A stretch of DNA of 63,168 nucleotides, filler included. It is 5 parts of 5 records of this genome, joined end to end, with 100 filler letters (N's around TTAATTAATTAA, not from the genome) between each part and the next. Parts side by side here need not be neighbours in the genome. Positions count along the whole stretch, not along the records: positions 1 to 14,945 come from SRR20825006_776; 4 more parts are not named here. One strand, written 5' to 3'. The notes under the pieces were generated by a model. That model was not told where the DNA came from and did no database searches. It saw only the letters and a program-made list of their open reading frames with translations. How positions within the stretch are numbered: position 1 is the stretch's first letter; every line of letters begins with the position of its first letter. Below are positions 1-10,622 of this stretch, piece by piece. Position numbers and translations under genes: made by a program.

Positions 1-1
1 G

Positions 2-823
2 TCCTACGCGCTTTATCCGCATATGACGGTGTTTGATAATATGAGTTTCGGGCTTCGTATGACCCATCGTCCCAAGCCGGAGATTGAAGAAAAAGTCAAT
101 CGCGCCGCCGATATTCTGCAACTGACGCCGTTTCTGGATCGCAAACCATCGCAACTTTCCGGCGGGCAGCGCCAGCGCGTTGCGATCGGTCGAGCCATTG
201 TGCGTAATCCGGACGTGTTTCTGTTCGATGAGCCGTTGTCCAATCTGGATGCCGAGCTTCGTGTGCAGACCCGCGTCGAGATTGCCAAGCTTCATGCGGC
301 CCTGGGTAATACCATGATTTATGTAACCCACGACCAGACCGAGGCTATGACGCTGGCCGATCGTATCGTGGTTTTGCGCGGTGGCCGCGTTGAACAGATC
401 GGGGCGCCGGTTTCACTCTACCATGACCCGGACAATCTGTTTGTTGCTGGTTTCATCGGCTCCCCGCGCATGAACTTCCTGAAAGCGATTGCGACAGGTG
501 AAAGCACGGTCAGCGTCTCTGGCATCGAGGTTCGGTTTCCGCGTCTGAAACGTGCGCTTGTTGCAGGCGAAAGCGTGACATTCGGCATTCGCCCGGAGCA
601 TCTCGATGCAGCTTCGGGCAGCGAATTGCCTTTGACGGTTGATGTGTCGGAGGAACTCGGCACCACAACCTACATTTACGGTACGGTTGGTGAAGGTGAA
701 AACGTGATTGCCGAGCGGCGGCATCAGGAAACGCCGCGCCACGGTGAGCAGGTGGTGTTGCGGTTCAATCCATCGAATGCGCGGCTTTTTGACAAGGACG
801 GTATCAGGATCAGGGAGGCCTGA
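2..823 (+). CDS. Sugar ABC transporter ATP-binding subunit (MalK/UgpC family), 5'-truncated at window start
   Basis: Frame is open from base 2 (SYALYPHMT). [14 protein letters not shown] signature, [11 protein letters not shown] Walker B, YVTHDQ H-loop, C-terminal GIRPEH TOBE region. Confidence 0.93.
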   Translation, partial: SYALYPHMTVFDNMSFGLRMTHRPKPEIEEKVNRAADILQLTPFLDRKPSQLSGGQRQRVAIGRAIVRNPDVFLFDEPLSNLDAELRVQTRVEIAKLHAALGNTMIYVTHDQTEAMTLADRIVVLRGGRVEQIGAPVSLYHDPDNLFVAGFIGSPRMNFLKAIATGESTVSVSGIEVRFPRLKRALVAGESVTFGIRPEHLDAASGSELPLTVDVSEELGTTTYIYGTVGEGENVIAERRHQETPRHGEQVVLRFNPSNARLFDKDGIRIREA

Positions 824-826
824 GGC

Positions 827-2005
827 ATGGTTTCGCTTTACGGTAAAGCATATGACCGCAATGCGCTGGAGGCGGTGAGCGGCAATCTGGCTCATGCGGC
901 TGGCGTACGCCAGATGATCCTCGGCGACGGCCTGGAGCGAGGCATACGGATGCTGGAATTTCGCACCGGAACGGGCCTCCGGTTCACTGTGCTTGTCGAC
1001 CGCGCCATGGATATTGCCGATTGTGATTATCGCGGCATGGCTATCGGTTGGCATTCCCCGGCCGGATTTCGACATCCGGGCCTTCACGAATATGAAGGTG
1101 AGGGCGGACTTGGCTGGATGCGCTCTTTCTCCGGGCTGATGGTGACCTGCGGTCTCGATCATATTCTGTTCATGGATGAAACCCCGGCGGAAAACTATGT
1201 CTACGGACCGCGCAAGGTGGCTGGACATTCGCTGCATGGTCGCGCAGGCACTATCCCGGCGCGTCTTTCAGGCTATGGCGAACGCTGGGAAGAAAACCGT
1301 TGTTTTCTCTTCGCTGAAGGGATCATCAGTCAGGGCACGGTTTTCGGTGAACACCTTGAATTGCACCGTCGGATCGAGGTCGAGGTCGGCACCAATGATA
1401 TCCGGTTGTCGGACAGGGTGGTCAATCGCGGCTTTTACGAAACGCCGCATATGCTTTGTTATCACATCAATGCCGGTCATCCGGTGCTGGAAGAAGGCGC
1501 ACGCTATCTCGCACCGATCCGTCAGGTGGTCTTTGCCGCCCATGCGGAAGATTATCGCAAGCAGGGCGTTGGATATCGCACGATGCCCGCACCGCAGAAC
1601 CGGTTTCACGAGCAGGTCTGGGAACACGAGATGGTTGCGGATGAGCACGGTGAAGTGCCGGTGGCTCTCGTCAATGACCGGCTTCAACTGGGCTTCATGG
1701 TGACCACGAAAAAGGATCAGTTTCCCTGCCAGTTCGAGTGGCAGAACCTGCAGAAGGGGCAATACGCACTTGGGATGGAGCCTTCGACCCATCATGTGAC
1801 CGGCAATGCCGGTGCCCGCGAACGCGGTGAACGTATTCTGCTGAATCACGGTGAGGAACGCAGCTATGATACAATACTCTCCGTTTTACCGGATGCAGAT
1901 GCCATTGTCGCTGCCGAAAGTCGCATCCTGGCGATCGCGGAACAGCCAAACGAAGACTATCCGGTACCGTCTGGAAACTTCACGCCGCTGGAGGGACGAT
2001 CATGA
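827..2005 (+). CDS. DUF4432 / aldose 1-epimerase (mutarotase)-like protein
   Basis: GLRFTVLVDRAMDI, TCGLDH, SLHGR, YHIN and LGMEP motifs typical of DUF4432 galactose-mutarotase-fold proteins. Follows the ABC ATPase after a 3-bp gap. Confidence 0.8.
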   Translation: MVSLYGKAYDRNALEAVSGNLAHAAGVRQMILGDGLERGIRMLEFRTGTGLRFTVLVDRAMDIADCDYRGMAIGWHSPAGFRHPGLHEYEGEGGLGWMRSFSGLMVTCGLDHILFMDETPAENYVYGPRKVAGHSLHGRAGTIPARLSGYGERWEENRCFLFAEGIISQGTVFGEHLELHRRIEVEVGTNDIRLSDRVVNRGFYETPHMLCYHINAGHPVLEEGARYLAPIRQVVFAAHAEDYRKQGVGYRTMPAPQNRFHEQVWEHEMVADEHGEVPVALVNDRLQLGFMVTTKKDQFPCQFEWQNLQKGQYALGMEPSTHHVTGNAGARERGERILLNHGEERSYDTILSVLPDADAIVAAESRILAIAEQPNEDYPVPSGNFTPLEGRS

Positions 2006-2757
2006 GCGCGTTTGAAAGTCGCCGCATTCTTTATACCGGGGCGGCAGGCGGTCTCGGGCTGGAGACCACGTTGGAAATGCTGGATGCCGGAGCCGGTGTG
2101 ATTGCGTTCGATCATGATCCTGCCAAGATTGATGCGCTGAAAGCCGCAGCCGGTCAGCGGGGACTTGCAACTGGCCTCAACATCGTCAGTGTTGACCTGA
2201 GCGACAAGGCCGCGTTGCAGAATGCACTTGATGATGTGCTGGCCGATGGCCCCATCGATACGGTTATCAACAATGCTGCAATCTATCCGTCAAAGCCGTT
2301 TGAGGATTACTCCTGGGAAGAGCTGGCAAAAGTGCACGCGATCAACGTCGAAGCGGCTCTCATCTGCGTCAGGGCTGCATTGCCTGGAATGCGCGATGCC
2401 GGTTTCGGGCGCATTATCAATATGACGTCCATCACCTTTTCCGGAGGATGGGAGAACTTAACGCCTTATATTCAATCGAAGGGCGCGCTGATTGGTCTTG
2501 CCCGATCCTGGGCGCGTGAATTCGGTAAATGGGGGGTGACTGTCAACGCCATATCGCCGGGTGCGTTTCCGACAGACGCAGAAAAAATCCATCCGGATCA
2601 GGAAGCCTATCAGGAGCGTATCCTGAATAGTCAGGCCATCAAACGCCGTGGTGTGCCGCAGGATATTGCCAATGCCATCCTGTTTCTGATCTCGGCAAAG
2701 GCCGGATTTATTACCGGGCAGACGCTGAATGTTGACGGCGGCTGGATCATGTCATGA
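2002..2757 (+). CDS. Short-chain dehydrogenase/reductase (putative sugar dehydrogenase)
   Basis: TGAAGGLG, NNAA, catalytic YIQSK, VNAISPG, ITGQTLNVDGG. ATGA overlap with the upstream gene. Confidence 0.92.
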   Translation: MSAFESRRILYTGAAGGLGLETTLEMLDAGAGVIAFDHDPAKIDALKAAAGQRGLATGLNIVSVDLSDKAALQNALDDVLADGPIDTVINNAAIYPSKPFEDYSWEELAKVHAINVEAALICVRAALPGMRDAGFGRIINMTSITFSGGWENLTPYIQSKGALIGLARSWAREFGKWGVTVNAISPGAFPTDAEKIHPDQEAYQERILNSQAIKRRGVPQDIANAILFLISAKAGFITGQTLNVDGGWIMS

Positions 2758-3965
2758 GCATGAAAGCGAACAAGGGGATTCTTGACGGCATCAGGGTGAT
2801 TGACTGTTCCATCGCGATGGCCGGTCCGTTTGCGGCGCAAAGGCTGGGTGATCTTGGGGCTGATGTGATCAAGGTGGAGCCGGTCACCGGTGAATGGCAG
2901 CGTCATGCGCCCGCCGGAGGCGCTGAAGGTAATCGCGTCAATGTCTCGTTTCTCTCGTTAAACCGGAACAAGCGGTCTCTGGCACTCGACCTGAAATCAA
3001 AAGAGGGCAGGGCGATCATGCAGAAGCTTGTGGCGACCGCCGATGTCTTCATTCAGAACTACCGTCCAGGTGTCGCCGGGCGGCTGGGTGTCGATTATGA
3101 CAGCCTTTCAGCAATCAATCCGGGGCTGATCTATGTCTCCATGTCAGGCTATGGTGAAGACGGCCCGTATGCGATGCGACCGGGACAGGACCTTCTGCTT
3201 CAGGCCATGTCCGGCGCCATGCTCTCGGCAGGTCGCGCGGGGGACGCGCCGCAACCTGCGGGCCAATATCTGGTGGATGCGATAACGGCCTATACCGCCT
3301 TTGAAGGCGCGCTGGCGGCTCTGTTTCACCGCGAGCGCACAGGCGAGGGGCAGAAGGTAGAGGTGAACATGCTTGATGCGATCACCACAATCCAGATGCA
3401 GGAACTTTCGGTTTTCACCGTTGGGCAGAAACCGCAAACCCGCAGCGCGGAACCCCATGCCCATGTTTATATCCGCTCGCCTTATGGCACCTTCGCCACG
3501 AAGGATGGTTATGTGGCTCTGGCGATGCCGGATCTGGGCGCCCTTTCACGCGCTCTGGAAGAGCCGCGTCTTTCCGGTTTGCATGAGATGACGGCCGGTT
3601 GGAAAGATCGCGATGAAACCTACCGTCTTGTCCGTGAGGCAATGGTTAAATACACCACTTCTGACGCGCTGGAGCGCCTGTCCAAGGAAAACCTCTGGGC
3701 CGGACCGGTTTACGGTTATGCCGACCTCGTTGCCGACGCGCAGGTTGCCCATAACGGAACTTTTGTCGAATATGATCACAGAAGCGAGGGCCGGGTGAAA
3801 ACGCCGGGCTTTGCCATCCGTTTCTCGAAAACACCATCTGAGGTGCGCCTCGGTGCGCCATTACCGGGGGAGCATTCGCACGAGGTGCTGGATGAGCTTG
3901 GGCTGGACAGCACCGAAATCGAAAAGCTGACGGAGGCCGGAATTATTGCGCGGGAGGAGATATGA
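2754..3965 (+). CDS. Class III CoA-transferase (CaiB/BaiF family)
   Basis: AGPFAAQRLGDLGADVIKVE, NRNKRSLALDLK, NYRPG, SGYGEDGP and the C-terminal APLPGEHS motif. Confidence 0.93.
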   Translation: MSMKANKGILDGIRVIDCSIAMAGPFAAQRLGDLGADVIKVEPVTGEWQRHAPAGGAEGNRVNVSFLSLNRNKRSLALDLKSKEGRAIMQKLVATADVFIQNYRPGVAGRLGVDYDSLSAINPGLIYVSMSGYGEDGPYAMRPGQDLLLQAMSGAMLSAGRAGDAPQPAGQYLVDAITAYTAFEGALAALFHRERTGEGQKVEVNMLDAITTIQMQELSVFTVGQKPQTRSAEPHAHVYIRSPYGTFATKDGYVALAMPDLGALSRALEEPRLSGLHEMTAGWKDRDETYRLVREAMVKYTTSDALERLSKENLWAGPVYGYADLVADAQVAHNGTFVEYDHRSEGRVKTPGFAIRFSKTPSEVRLGAPLPGEHSHEVLDELGLDSTEIEKLTEAGIIAREEI

Positions 3966-4729
3966 CCGCACCGCTGATGCTGGAAATCGATAATGCGATT
4001 GCCACAATTACCTATAACCGGCCGGACAAGCTCAATGCCATGACACCGGAGATGGCCGAACTTCTGTTTGAGGCGGTTACTGCGATCAACGAAGATGACA
4101 GCGTTCGGGCTGTGGTTCTGACCGGCAGCGGCAAGGCCTTTTGCGCCGGGTCCGATATCAAGGAGCTGGAGCGCTACAAAACCGCCTGGGATTTCCGCAA
4201 CCGTCCGGAATATTGCGATGCATTGCGCGGGCTGTTGAAACCTTCCATTGCCGCCATCAATGGCTATGCCATGGGCGGTGGTCTGGAAATGGCGCTTTCC
4301 TGTGATATCCGGATCGCAGCAGACACAGCCCGTTTTGCAGCGCCTGAGGTCAAGCTCGGCTGGATCGGCGGTGGTGGCATGACAGCGCATCTTGCGCATT
4401 CAGTCGGCCCGTCGAATGCTGCCTTTATGGTGATGACAGGTGCCATGATCGGTGCGGAAAAGGCGTTGTCCTGGGGCATGGTTTCTGAACTGACTGCACC
4501 GGAGAGCCTTTCAGACAGGGCATGTGAGATTGCCGGGATGATTGCCGCCAATGCGCCGATTGCAGCAGAAACCGCACGCTCCAATCTGAAGGCGGCGTTC
4601 AATATGCCGCTTGAACAGGCTGTCGCATACGAACGCGATCTTCAGGCAGTCTGCTTTGCCACACAGGATGCAGCAGAAGGCCGCGCGGCTTTTGCCGAAA
4701 AACGTATGCCGAATTTCAAAAGACGATAA
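3962..4729 (+). CDS. Enoyl-CoA hydratase/isomerase (crotonase family)
   Basis: NRPDKLNA, AFCAGSDI, GYAMGGGLE, PEVKLG (both catalytic Glu present), EGRAAFAEKR. Confidence 0.93.
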   Translation: MTAPLMLEIDNAIATITYNRPDKLNAMTPEMAELLFEAVTAINEDDSVRAVVLTGSGKAFCAGSDIKELERYKTAWDFRNRPEYCDALRGLLKPSIAAINGYAMGGGLEMALSCDIRIAADTARFAAPEVKLGWIGGGGMTAHLAHSVGPSNAAFMVMTGAMIGAEKALSWGMVSELTAPESLSDRACEIAGMIAANAPIAAETARSNLKAAFNMPLEQAVAYERDLQAVCFATQDAAEGRAAFAEKRMPNFKRR

Positions 4730-4766
4730 TGAACCGGTCTGCCCCGGTATCAAGGGAACTTCAAGC

Positions 4767-5909
4767 ATGACAATCATTGACGATCCGAACGGTATCTGGC
4801 TTGGCAGAGTTTATCTGCCGGAGGTTTCCGGGCCTGCCGTGGTGACACTGCGCGAAGATGCGCTCTATGATATTACCACCGCCGAAGCGCCGTTGGTGCG
4901 CGATATCTGCGAGATGGCGGACCCGGTAGCCTACGTGAAAAATGTCAGGGGCCGGAAGCTTGCGGCGTTGGAAGATATTTCCGCAAACCGCGCCGGTGAG
5001 ATGGACAAAATCCATTTCCTGAGCCCGTGCGATCTTCAGGCGATCAAAGCCTGCGGCGTGACTTTCGCCCGCTCGATGGTTGAACGGGTGATCGAGGAAA
5101 AGGCCGCCGGAGATCCAACAAAAGCTGAAGCCATTCGCGCCCGTATCGGGGCGGCCATCGGTGACAGCCTGAAGAATATCGAAGCCGGTTCAGAGAACGC
5201 GCAGGCCGTCAAGAAGGCATTGGTCGCAGAAGGTCTCTGGAGCCAGTATCTCGAAGTTGGTATCGGACCCGATGCAGAAGTGTTTTCAAAGGCGCAGGTT
5301 CTTTCATCCGTCGGCACGGGCGCAGACGTTGGCCTGCATCCGGTATCGCGCTGGAATAACCCGGAACCGGAGGTGGTTCTGACGGTTAGTTCGGCGGGAC
5401 GTATTGTCGGTGCAACGCTTGGCAACGATGTCAATCTGCGTGATGTCGAGGGGCGTTCCGCGCTTTTGCTGGGCAAAGCCAAAGATAACAACGCATCTGC
5501 GTCTCTGGGGCCAATGATCCGGCTGTTTGACGAAGCGTTTACGCTTGATGATGTCCGTCGCGCTGAACTGACGCTGAGGGTTGAAGGTCAGGATGGTTAT
5601 GTGATGACGGGCCATTCTTCCATGGCCGAGATCAGTCGCGATCCGGAGGATCTTGTGCGGCAGACAATCGGGCGGCATCACCAGTATCCGGATGGCTTTA
5701 TGCTTTATCTCGGAACACTGTTTGCGCCGACCGAAGATCGCGATCAGCCGGGCGAAGGCTTTACCCATAAATCCGGAGATCGCGTTACGATTTCTGCGGC
5801 CGGACTTGGGAAACTTGAGAATACAGTCCGTCTTTCAACTGAATGCCCGCCCTGGACTTTCGGTATTCGCGCCCTGATGGCCAATCTTTCGGCCCGTGGG
5901 TTGATGTGA
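4767..5909 (+). CDS. Fumarylacetoacetate hydrolase family protein, XylX-like 2-keto-3-deoxy-pentonate dehydratase
   Basis: KACGVTF, IGPDAEVFSK, WNNPEPE and GATLGNDVNLRDVEGRSALLLGKAKDNNAS match the XylX subfamily as I recall it. Start moved to ATG 4767, behind AAGGGA. Confidence 0.85.
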   Translation: MTIIDDPNGIWLGRVYLPEVSGPAVVTLREDALYDITTAEAPLVRDICEMADPVAYVKNVRGRKLAALEDISANRAGEMDKIHFLSPCDLQAIKACGVTFARSMVERVIEEKAAGDPTKAEAIRARIGAAIGDSLKNIEAGSENAQAVKKALVAEGLWSQYLEVGIGPDAEVFSKAQVLSSVGTGADVGLHPVSRWNNPEPEVVLTVSSAGRIVGATLGNDVNLRDVEGRSALLLGKAKDNNASASLGPMIRLFDEAFTLDDVRRAELTLRVEGQDGYVMTGHSSMAEISRDPEDLVRQTIGRHHQYPDGFMLYLGTLFAPTEDRDQPGEGFTHKSGDRVTISAAGLGKLENTVRLSTECPPWTFGIRALMANLSARGLM

Positions 5910-6038
5910 GCGGAGACTGACAGGCAGCAGAAACGACTCCCCTCTACCGGAAACGGCATATGGCCCGTTCGTCGCGTGACAATGGATAGTGAACGGGAAA
6001 ATACTTTCCGGTGCTCCGGTTGCTTTTCCTGTTTCATT

Positions 6039-6063
6039 CGTTATGTAGTAAAAATACATAACG
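6039..6063. promoter_or_regulatory. Mo-box (ModE/MopA operator)
   Basis: Perfect inverted repeat CGTTATGTA-N7-TACATAACG about 20 bp upstream of the modE-like gene. Resembles the ModE/Mop consensus. Confidence 0.85.
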
Positions 6064-6082
6064 CTATTCGGGAACTGGAGAC

Positions 6083-6886
6083 ATGAGCAGGCTTGTTCCG
6101 GCACTGACATTCGAAACCAGCTCCGGTGATCGTGCCGGGGAGGCGCGCTTCGCGCTTCTGGCCGAGATTGACCGGCTGGGATCTATTGCCGCGGCGGCCA
6201 AGGCCACGGGCTTTTCCTACAAGGGTGCGTGGGATGCAGTAAATGCGATGAACAACCTGTTTCCGCGACCGCTGATCGTCAAACGGGCGGGCGGTGCCAG
6301 CGGTGGCGGAACTGAGGTGACGGCGGAGGGCAGGCGCGCGCTTGCCGTCCACCGGCAGCTGACGGCGGCGCTTGGCGATGTCATGGCGCGTCTGGAAACC
6401 GTCATGTCCGATGCGCCCGGTCTTTCCCTTTCTGCTGATACCCTGTTTGGGAGCCCGTTCATGCGAACCAGCGCACGCAATTGCTATCATGGTGTTGTCG
6501 AGGCTGTAACCCACGGTGCGGTCAATGCCGAAGTCCTGTTGAAGATCGCTCCCGGTGTCACTCTGGCGGTGATCATCACCGAGGCAAGTGTCGCCAATCT
6601 CGGGCTTGAACCCGGACGCGAAGCCTATGCCCTCATCAAGGCCTCGACGCCGATATTGCTGGAAGATGGTGACAATGTTCTCTCATCGGCGCGCAATCGC
6701 ATCACCGGCGAAGTGGCCTCGGTAGAGCCCGGCGCCGTCAACACGGAAGTGGTTCTGGATATCGGCGGCGGCAAGACATTGTGCGCCATCATCACCGGCA
6801 AAAGCGCCGAAGCGATGGAACTTGCAGCCGGAAAACGCATGACAGCCCTGATCAAGGCCTCACAAATCATTCTGGCGCTCGGCTGA
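6083..6886 (+). CDS. modE: Molybdate-responsive repressor ModE/MopA (wHTH plus two TOBE/mop domains)
   Basis: GSIAAAAKATGFSYKGAWDAV HTH, then two SARN...G(A)VN.EV...ALIKAS mop repeats. Precedes modABC. Confidence 0.92.
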   Translation: MSRLVPALTFETSSGDRAGEARFALLAEIDRLGSIAAAAKATGFSYKGAWDAVNAMNNLFPRPLIVKRAGGASGGGTEVTAEGRRALAVHRQLTAALGDVMARLETVMSDAPGLSLSADTLFGSPFMRTSARNCYHGVVEAVTHGAVNAEVLLKIAPGVTLAVIITEASVANLGLEPGREAYALIKASTPILLEDGDNVLSSARNRITGEVASVEPGAVNTEVVLDIGGGKTLCAIITGKSAEAMELAAGKRMTALIKASQIILALG

Positions 6887-6919
6887 GGGCCGGGGCGCAA
6901 TGCTTGCAAGGGAAACCAC

Positions 6920-7669
6920 ATGAAACCGCTCCTCTCACTGCTGGCTGCCGCCAGCGTCATTCTTTCCGCAGGATTTGCCCGAGCAGACGAAATCAATGTG
7001 GCCGTTGCCGCCAACTTCACCGATGCGGCCAAGGATATCGCCGCAGCCTTTGAGGAAGAGACAGGCGATACGGCGCTTCTGTCGTTCGGCTCGACCGGCA
7101 AGCTCTATGCCCAGATCGCCAATGGCGCACCGTTTTCTGTTTTTCTGGCCGCCGATCAGGCGCGCGCCAAGAGGGCGGTTGATGAAGGATATGCCGTAAA
7201 GGGCAGTCAGTTTACCTACGCCATCGGCAAGCTGGTGCTGTTCAGCGAAAATGCAGACCTTGTCGATGATGCGGGCGCGGTGCTTCGTGCGCCTGATAAT
7301 TTCAACAGGCTTGCCATCGCCAATCCTGCTTCCGCCCCTTATGGCGCGGCTGCCGTTCAGACCATGCGGGCACTCGGCATATACAATATGATGGAAGCCA
7401 GACTGGTTCAGGGCGATAGCATTTCGCAGACTTATCAGTTTGTTGCCACCGGCAATGCTGAACTGGGCTTTGTCGCCCTCTCACAGGTCATCGGTAACGA
7501 GAGTGGCTCAAGATGGATCGTGCCCGCCGGTCTTTATACGCCGATCCGGCAGGATGCGGTTTTGACGCAGGCGGGCGCTGAAGATGAAACGGCAAAAGCC
7601 TTTCTTGAATTTCTCAAAGGCGACAAGGCCACTGCAATCATCGAAAGCTATGGCTATGCGGTGGAATAA
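6920..7669 (+). CDS. modA: Molybdate ABC transporter substrate-binding protein
   Basis: Signal peptide, [34 protein letters not shown]. Confidence 0.95.
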   Translation: MKPLLSLLAAASVILSAGFARADEINVAVAANFTDAAKDIAAAFEEETGDTALLSFGSTGKLYAQIANGAPFSVFLAADQARAKRAVDEGYAVKGSQFTYAIGKLVLFSENADLVDDAGAVLRAPDNFNRLAIANPASAPYGAAAVQTMRALGIYNMMEARLVQGDSISQTYQFVATGNAELGFVALSQVIGNESGSRWIVPAGLYTPIRQDAVLTQAGAEDETAKAFLEFLKGDKATAIIESYGYAVE

Positions 7670-7713
7670 GGCCTTATCCGAAACATAACGCAGGCAGGAA
7701 AACCCGGAACCCG

Positions 7714-8379
7714 ATGGCCGAAGCTGTCTTTCTCACTCTTAAACTTGCGGCTCTGACCACCGTGCTGCTGATGGTGGTCGGTATTCCGATTGCCTGGTGG
7801 CTGGCGCGCTCGAAAGCCTGGTGGAAGGAGGCGGTCGGTGCCGTCGTCGCCCTGCCGCTTGTGCTTCCGCCGACAGTTCTGGGCTTTTATCTGCTTTTGT
7901 CGCTCGGGCCGCAAAGCCCGCTGGGACAGGCGATCAAATCGGTCATCGGTTTCACGCTGCCATTCACTTTTGCCGGTCTCGTTGTCGGCTCGGTGATCTA
8001 TTCGCTGCCCTTCGCCGTCCAGCCGATCCGTAATGTCTTCGAGGCTTTTGGAGAGGAACCGCTGGAAGCGGCGGCAACGCTGCGATCCTCGCCGCTCGAC
8101 CGGTTTTTCACCGTGGCGCTGCCATTGGCCCGGCCGGGCATTCTGACCGGCGCCATTCTCGGTTTTGCCCATACAGTCGGCGAATTCGGTGTTGTCTTGA
8201 TGATCGGCGGTAATATTCCGGGCGAGACCAAAGTGCTTTCGGTTGCGATCTACGACTATGTGGAGACCCTGCAATGGGGCAAGGCGCATATCCTTGCCGG
8301 TGGTATGGTGGTGTTTTCCTTCATCGTCATCCTGTCGATGATGCTGATTGAGCGAAGGATGCGGGGGCGACTCCTGTGA
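7714..8379 (+). CDS. modB: Molybdate ABC transporter permease
   Basis: [38 protein letters not shown]. Confidence 0.96.
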   Translation: MAEAVFLTLKLAALTTVLLMVVGIPIAWWLARSKAWWKEAVGAVVALPLVLPPTVLGFYLLLSLGPQSPLGQAIKSVIGFTLPFTFAGLVVGSVIYSLPFAVQPIRNVFEAFGEEPLEAAATLRSSPLDRFFTVALPLARPGILTGAILGFAHTVGEFGVVLMIGGNIPGETKVLSVAIYDYVETLQWGKAHILAGGMVVFSFIVILSMMLIERRMRGRLL

Positions 8380-9470
8380 CGATGCGCGACCCCACGCTTT
8401 CCGCTCATTTTAAAGGCTCGCTTGGCACTTTCGAACTGGATGTTGCCTTCACCTTTCCGGCCAATGGCGTGACAGCGATTTTCGGACCGTCGGGTTGTGG
8501 CAAGACGTCTCTTCTGCGCTGTTTTGCTGGTCTGAACCGCCTGCGGACCGGATGCTTTTCGATCGGTGGCGAAGTCTGGCAGGACGATGAAACCTTCCTG
8601 CCAGCCCATCGGCGTGCCATCGGCTATGTTTTCCAGCAGGCCAATCTTTTCCCGCACCTTTCGGTTCGGGATAATCTCATGTTCGGTGTGAAGCGGTTAA
8701 GCCGGGGAGAGCGGGATGCGGCAATGGCCCGCTTTGACGAGCTTGTTGCGCTGCTCGGCATCGGTCATCTTCTTGCGCGCGCGCCGCGCGCGCTGTCCGG
8801 TGGCGAGCGCCAGCGGGTGGCCATCGGCCGCGCACTTTTAACCGCGCCGAAGCTTTTGCTGATGGATGAACCTCTGTCTGCGCTCGATTATGAAGCCAAA
8901 CGGGAAATTCTGCCTTATCTGGAGGAGATGCGGAAAACGCTTTCGATTCCGGTTCTTTATGTAACCCATGCGCCGAATGAGGTTGCCCGGCTGGCCGATC
9001 ATATCGCTGTTTTGGAAAACGGCCGCATTCTGGCCTCTGGCCCGCTGACTGAAACGCTGGCACGTCTCGATCTGCCAATCCGCCGGGACGAGGGGGCCGG
9101 TGTTGCGATTGACGCGAAAGTGGTCGAGATCGACGCCGAATGGCATCTGGCGCGGGTGGCCTTTGCCGGTGGTTCGCTCTGGGTGCGCGATCCGCGAAAG
9201 CCGATCGGTGAAAAGGTGAGGGTCATGGTGCTGGCGCGCGATGTCTCGCTGGCGCTTGAAACACCGGAGAATGTTTCGATCGTCAACCATCTGCCCGCGA
9301 CAGTCATGGAAATTGCCGAAGGCGATCATCCTGCCGTTGTCGCGGTCAAGGTCGATGTCGGCGGCACACCGCTGATTGCACGGCTGACGGCACGGTCGGC
9401 TGCTCACCTCAGGCTTGAGCCGGGCAAGCCTGTTTCCGCGCAGATCAAATCTGTGGCGATCGTGGAATAG
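8376..9470 (+). CDS. modC: Molybdate ABC transporter ATP-binding protein
   Basis: [31 protein letters not shown]-terminal mop domain ending AQIKSV. Confidence 0.95.
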   Translation: MTMRDPTLSAHFKGSLGTFELDVAFTFPANGVTAIFGPSGCGKTSLLRCFAGLNRLRTGCFSIGGEVWQDDETFLPAHRRAIGYVFQQANLFPHLSVRDNLMFGVKRLSRGERDAAMARFDELVALLGIGHLLARAPRALSGGERQRVAIGRALLTAPKLLLMDEPLSALDYEAKREILPYLEEMRKTLSIPVLYVTHAPNEVARLADHIAVLENGRILASGPLTETLARLDLPIRRDEGAGVAIDAKVVEIDAEWHLARVAFAGGSLWVRDPRKPIGEKVRVMVLARDVSLALETPENVSIVNHLPATVMEIAEGDHPAVVAVKVDVGGTPLIARLTARSAAHLRLEPGKPVSAQIKSVAIVE

Positions 9471-10491
9471 GCCGCGGACCTGATCTATTATCCGTTTGTA
9501 CGTGCTCTCGTAGCCATTTCGTGGGGCTTCTTCCGGTCACGCGGGTAAATTCGCGATTGAAATTCGACTTGGTATTGAAGCCGCTTGCAAGCATGGCGGC
9601 GGTGACGCTTTCGCCGGACTTCAGACACTGACAGGCATGGTCGATGCGGAAGCGGTTGATATGGCGGGAGACGTTTTCTCCGGTCGCGCGATTGACGGCA
9701 GCCGACAGCGTTTTTGCGGGGAGGATGAGCCTGCGGGCAAGCCGGGAGAGCGTCAGCGCGGGATCAAGATAGAGTGACTCCGAGTGCATCAACGCATCAA
9801 GCCGCGCCATGATCTGGGTGTCGGCTTCGGTTGCTTCGGGCGGCTGGGCAGCGGCTGCTGCTTTCGGATCACCCTCACCGAAGGCATTGGGTGAGAGACT
9901 TAACAAACCGGCTGCAAGGAGCGCCACCGAGGTGAAGATGCTGACGATCAGCGGTTTGAGTGACGGGGCGCCGGTGACGATGACATAGGCGATCAGGGTG
10001 TCGCTGACAGCTGAAAGAATCAGGCTTGCCGCGATGCCCGCCCACAGCCATTGCGGTTGACGCCCGGCCTCCAGCCGGGCAAGCGGCAGGGCATCACCGC
10101 CGGTCTTCAGCGCCAGCAATATGCGAAGGCCGTAAGCGATAAAAACCAGCGGAATGATTACATCCACCGTCACCGGGGCAAACAGCACGCAGAACAGTGT
10201 GAAGGCGGGCGCTGCCAGATGAACGAAATCCCGCCGGAAGCGCAGCGGCTCGATGAAGGTCGACCGGAAGGCGAGCCAGGCCAGCACCGGAACCAGCGTT
10301 GCCGTCACCGGTTGTACCGGGCGCAGAAACAGGATGCCGTAATACTGCACCAGCGCGACAATCAGGCCCTGCAGCGCGCAGGCGGAAAGCAGAACGGCCA
10401 TTGCCAGCGGCCGCTTCTCACCCGCAAGCATGTGCAAAACCATGAAACCCAGCACCAGTGCGGTGACCAGCGAAACCGGAAGAACCAGCAT
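9445..10491 (-). CDS. Membrane-bound AraC-family transcriptional regulator
   Basis: Several hydrophobic N-terminal helices, then YLDPALTL..LA and GFNTKSNFNREF AraC HTH. Start placed at ATG 10491, behind GAGGGA. Confidence 0.88.
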   Translation of the reverse strand: MLVLPVSLVTALVLGFMVLHMLAGEKRPLAMAVLLSACALQGLIVALVQYYGILFLRPVQPVTATLVPVLAWLAFRSTFIEPLRFRRDFVHLAAPAFTLFCVLFAPVTVDVIIPLVFIAYGLRILLALKTGGDALPLARLEAGRQPQWLWAGIAASLILSAVSDTLIAYVIVTGAPSLKPLIVSIFTSVALLAAGLLSLSPNAFGEGDPKAAAAAQPPEATEADTQIMARLDALMHSESLYLDPALTLSRLARRLILPAKTLSAAVNRATGENVSRHINRFRIDHACQCLKSGESVTAAMLASGFNTKSNFNREFTRVTGRSPTKWLREHVQTDNRSGPRPIPRSPQI

Positions 10492-10622
10492 GTCATCATC
10501 CCTCATTGTGCTTTCGATTAGTGCAAAAACCGGTTCCATGCGACCTGAAACCGGAAAAAGGACGCCAGTTGCGCCCGAAGTGGCCAGAAAAAACCGTCTC
10601 CAATCGATGAAAGGTGTCATCC

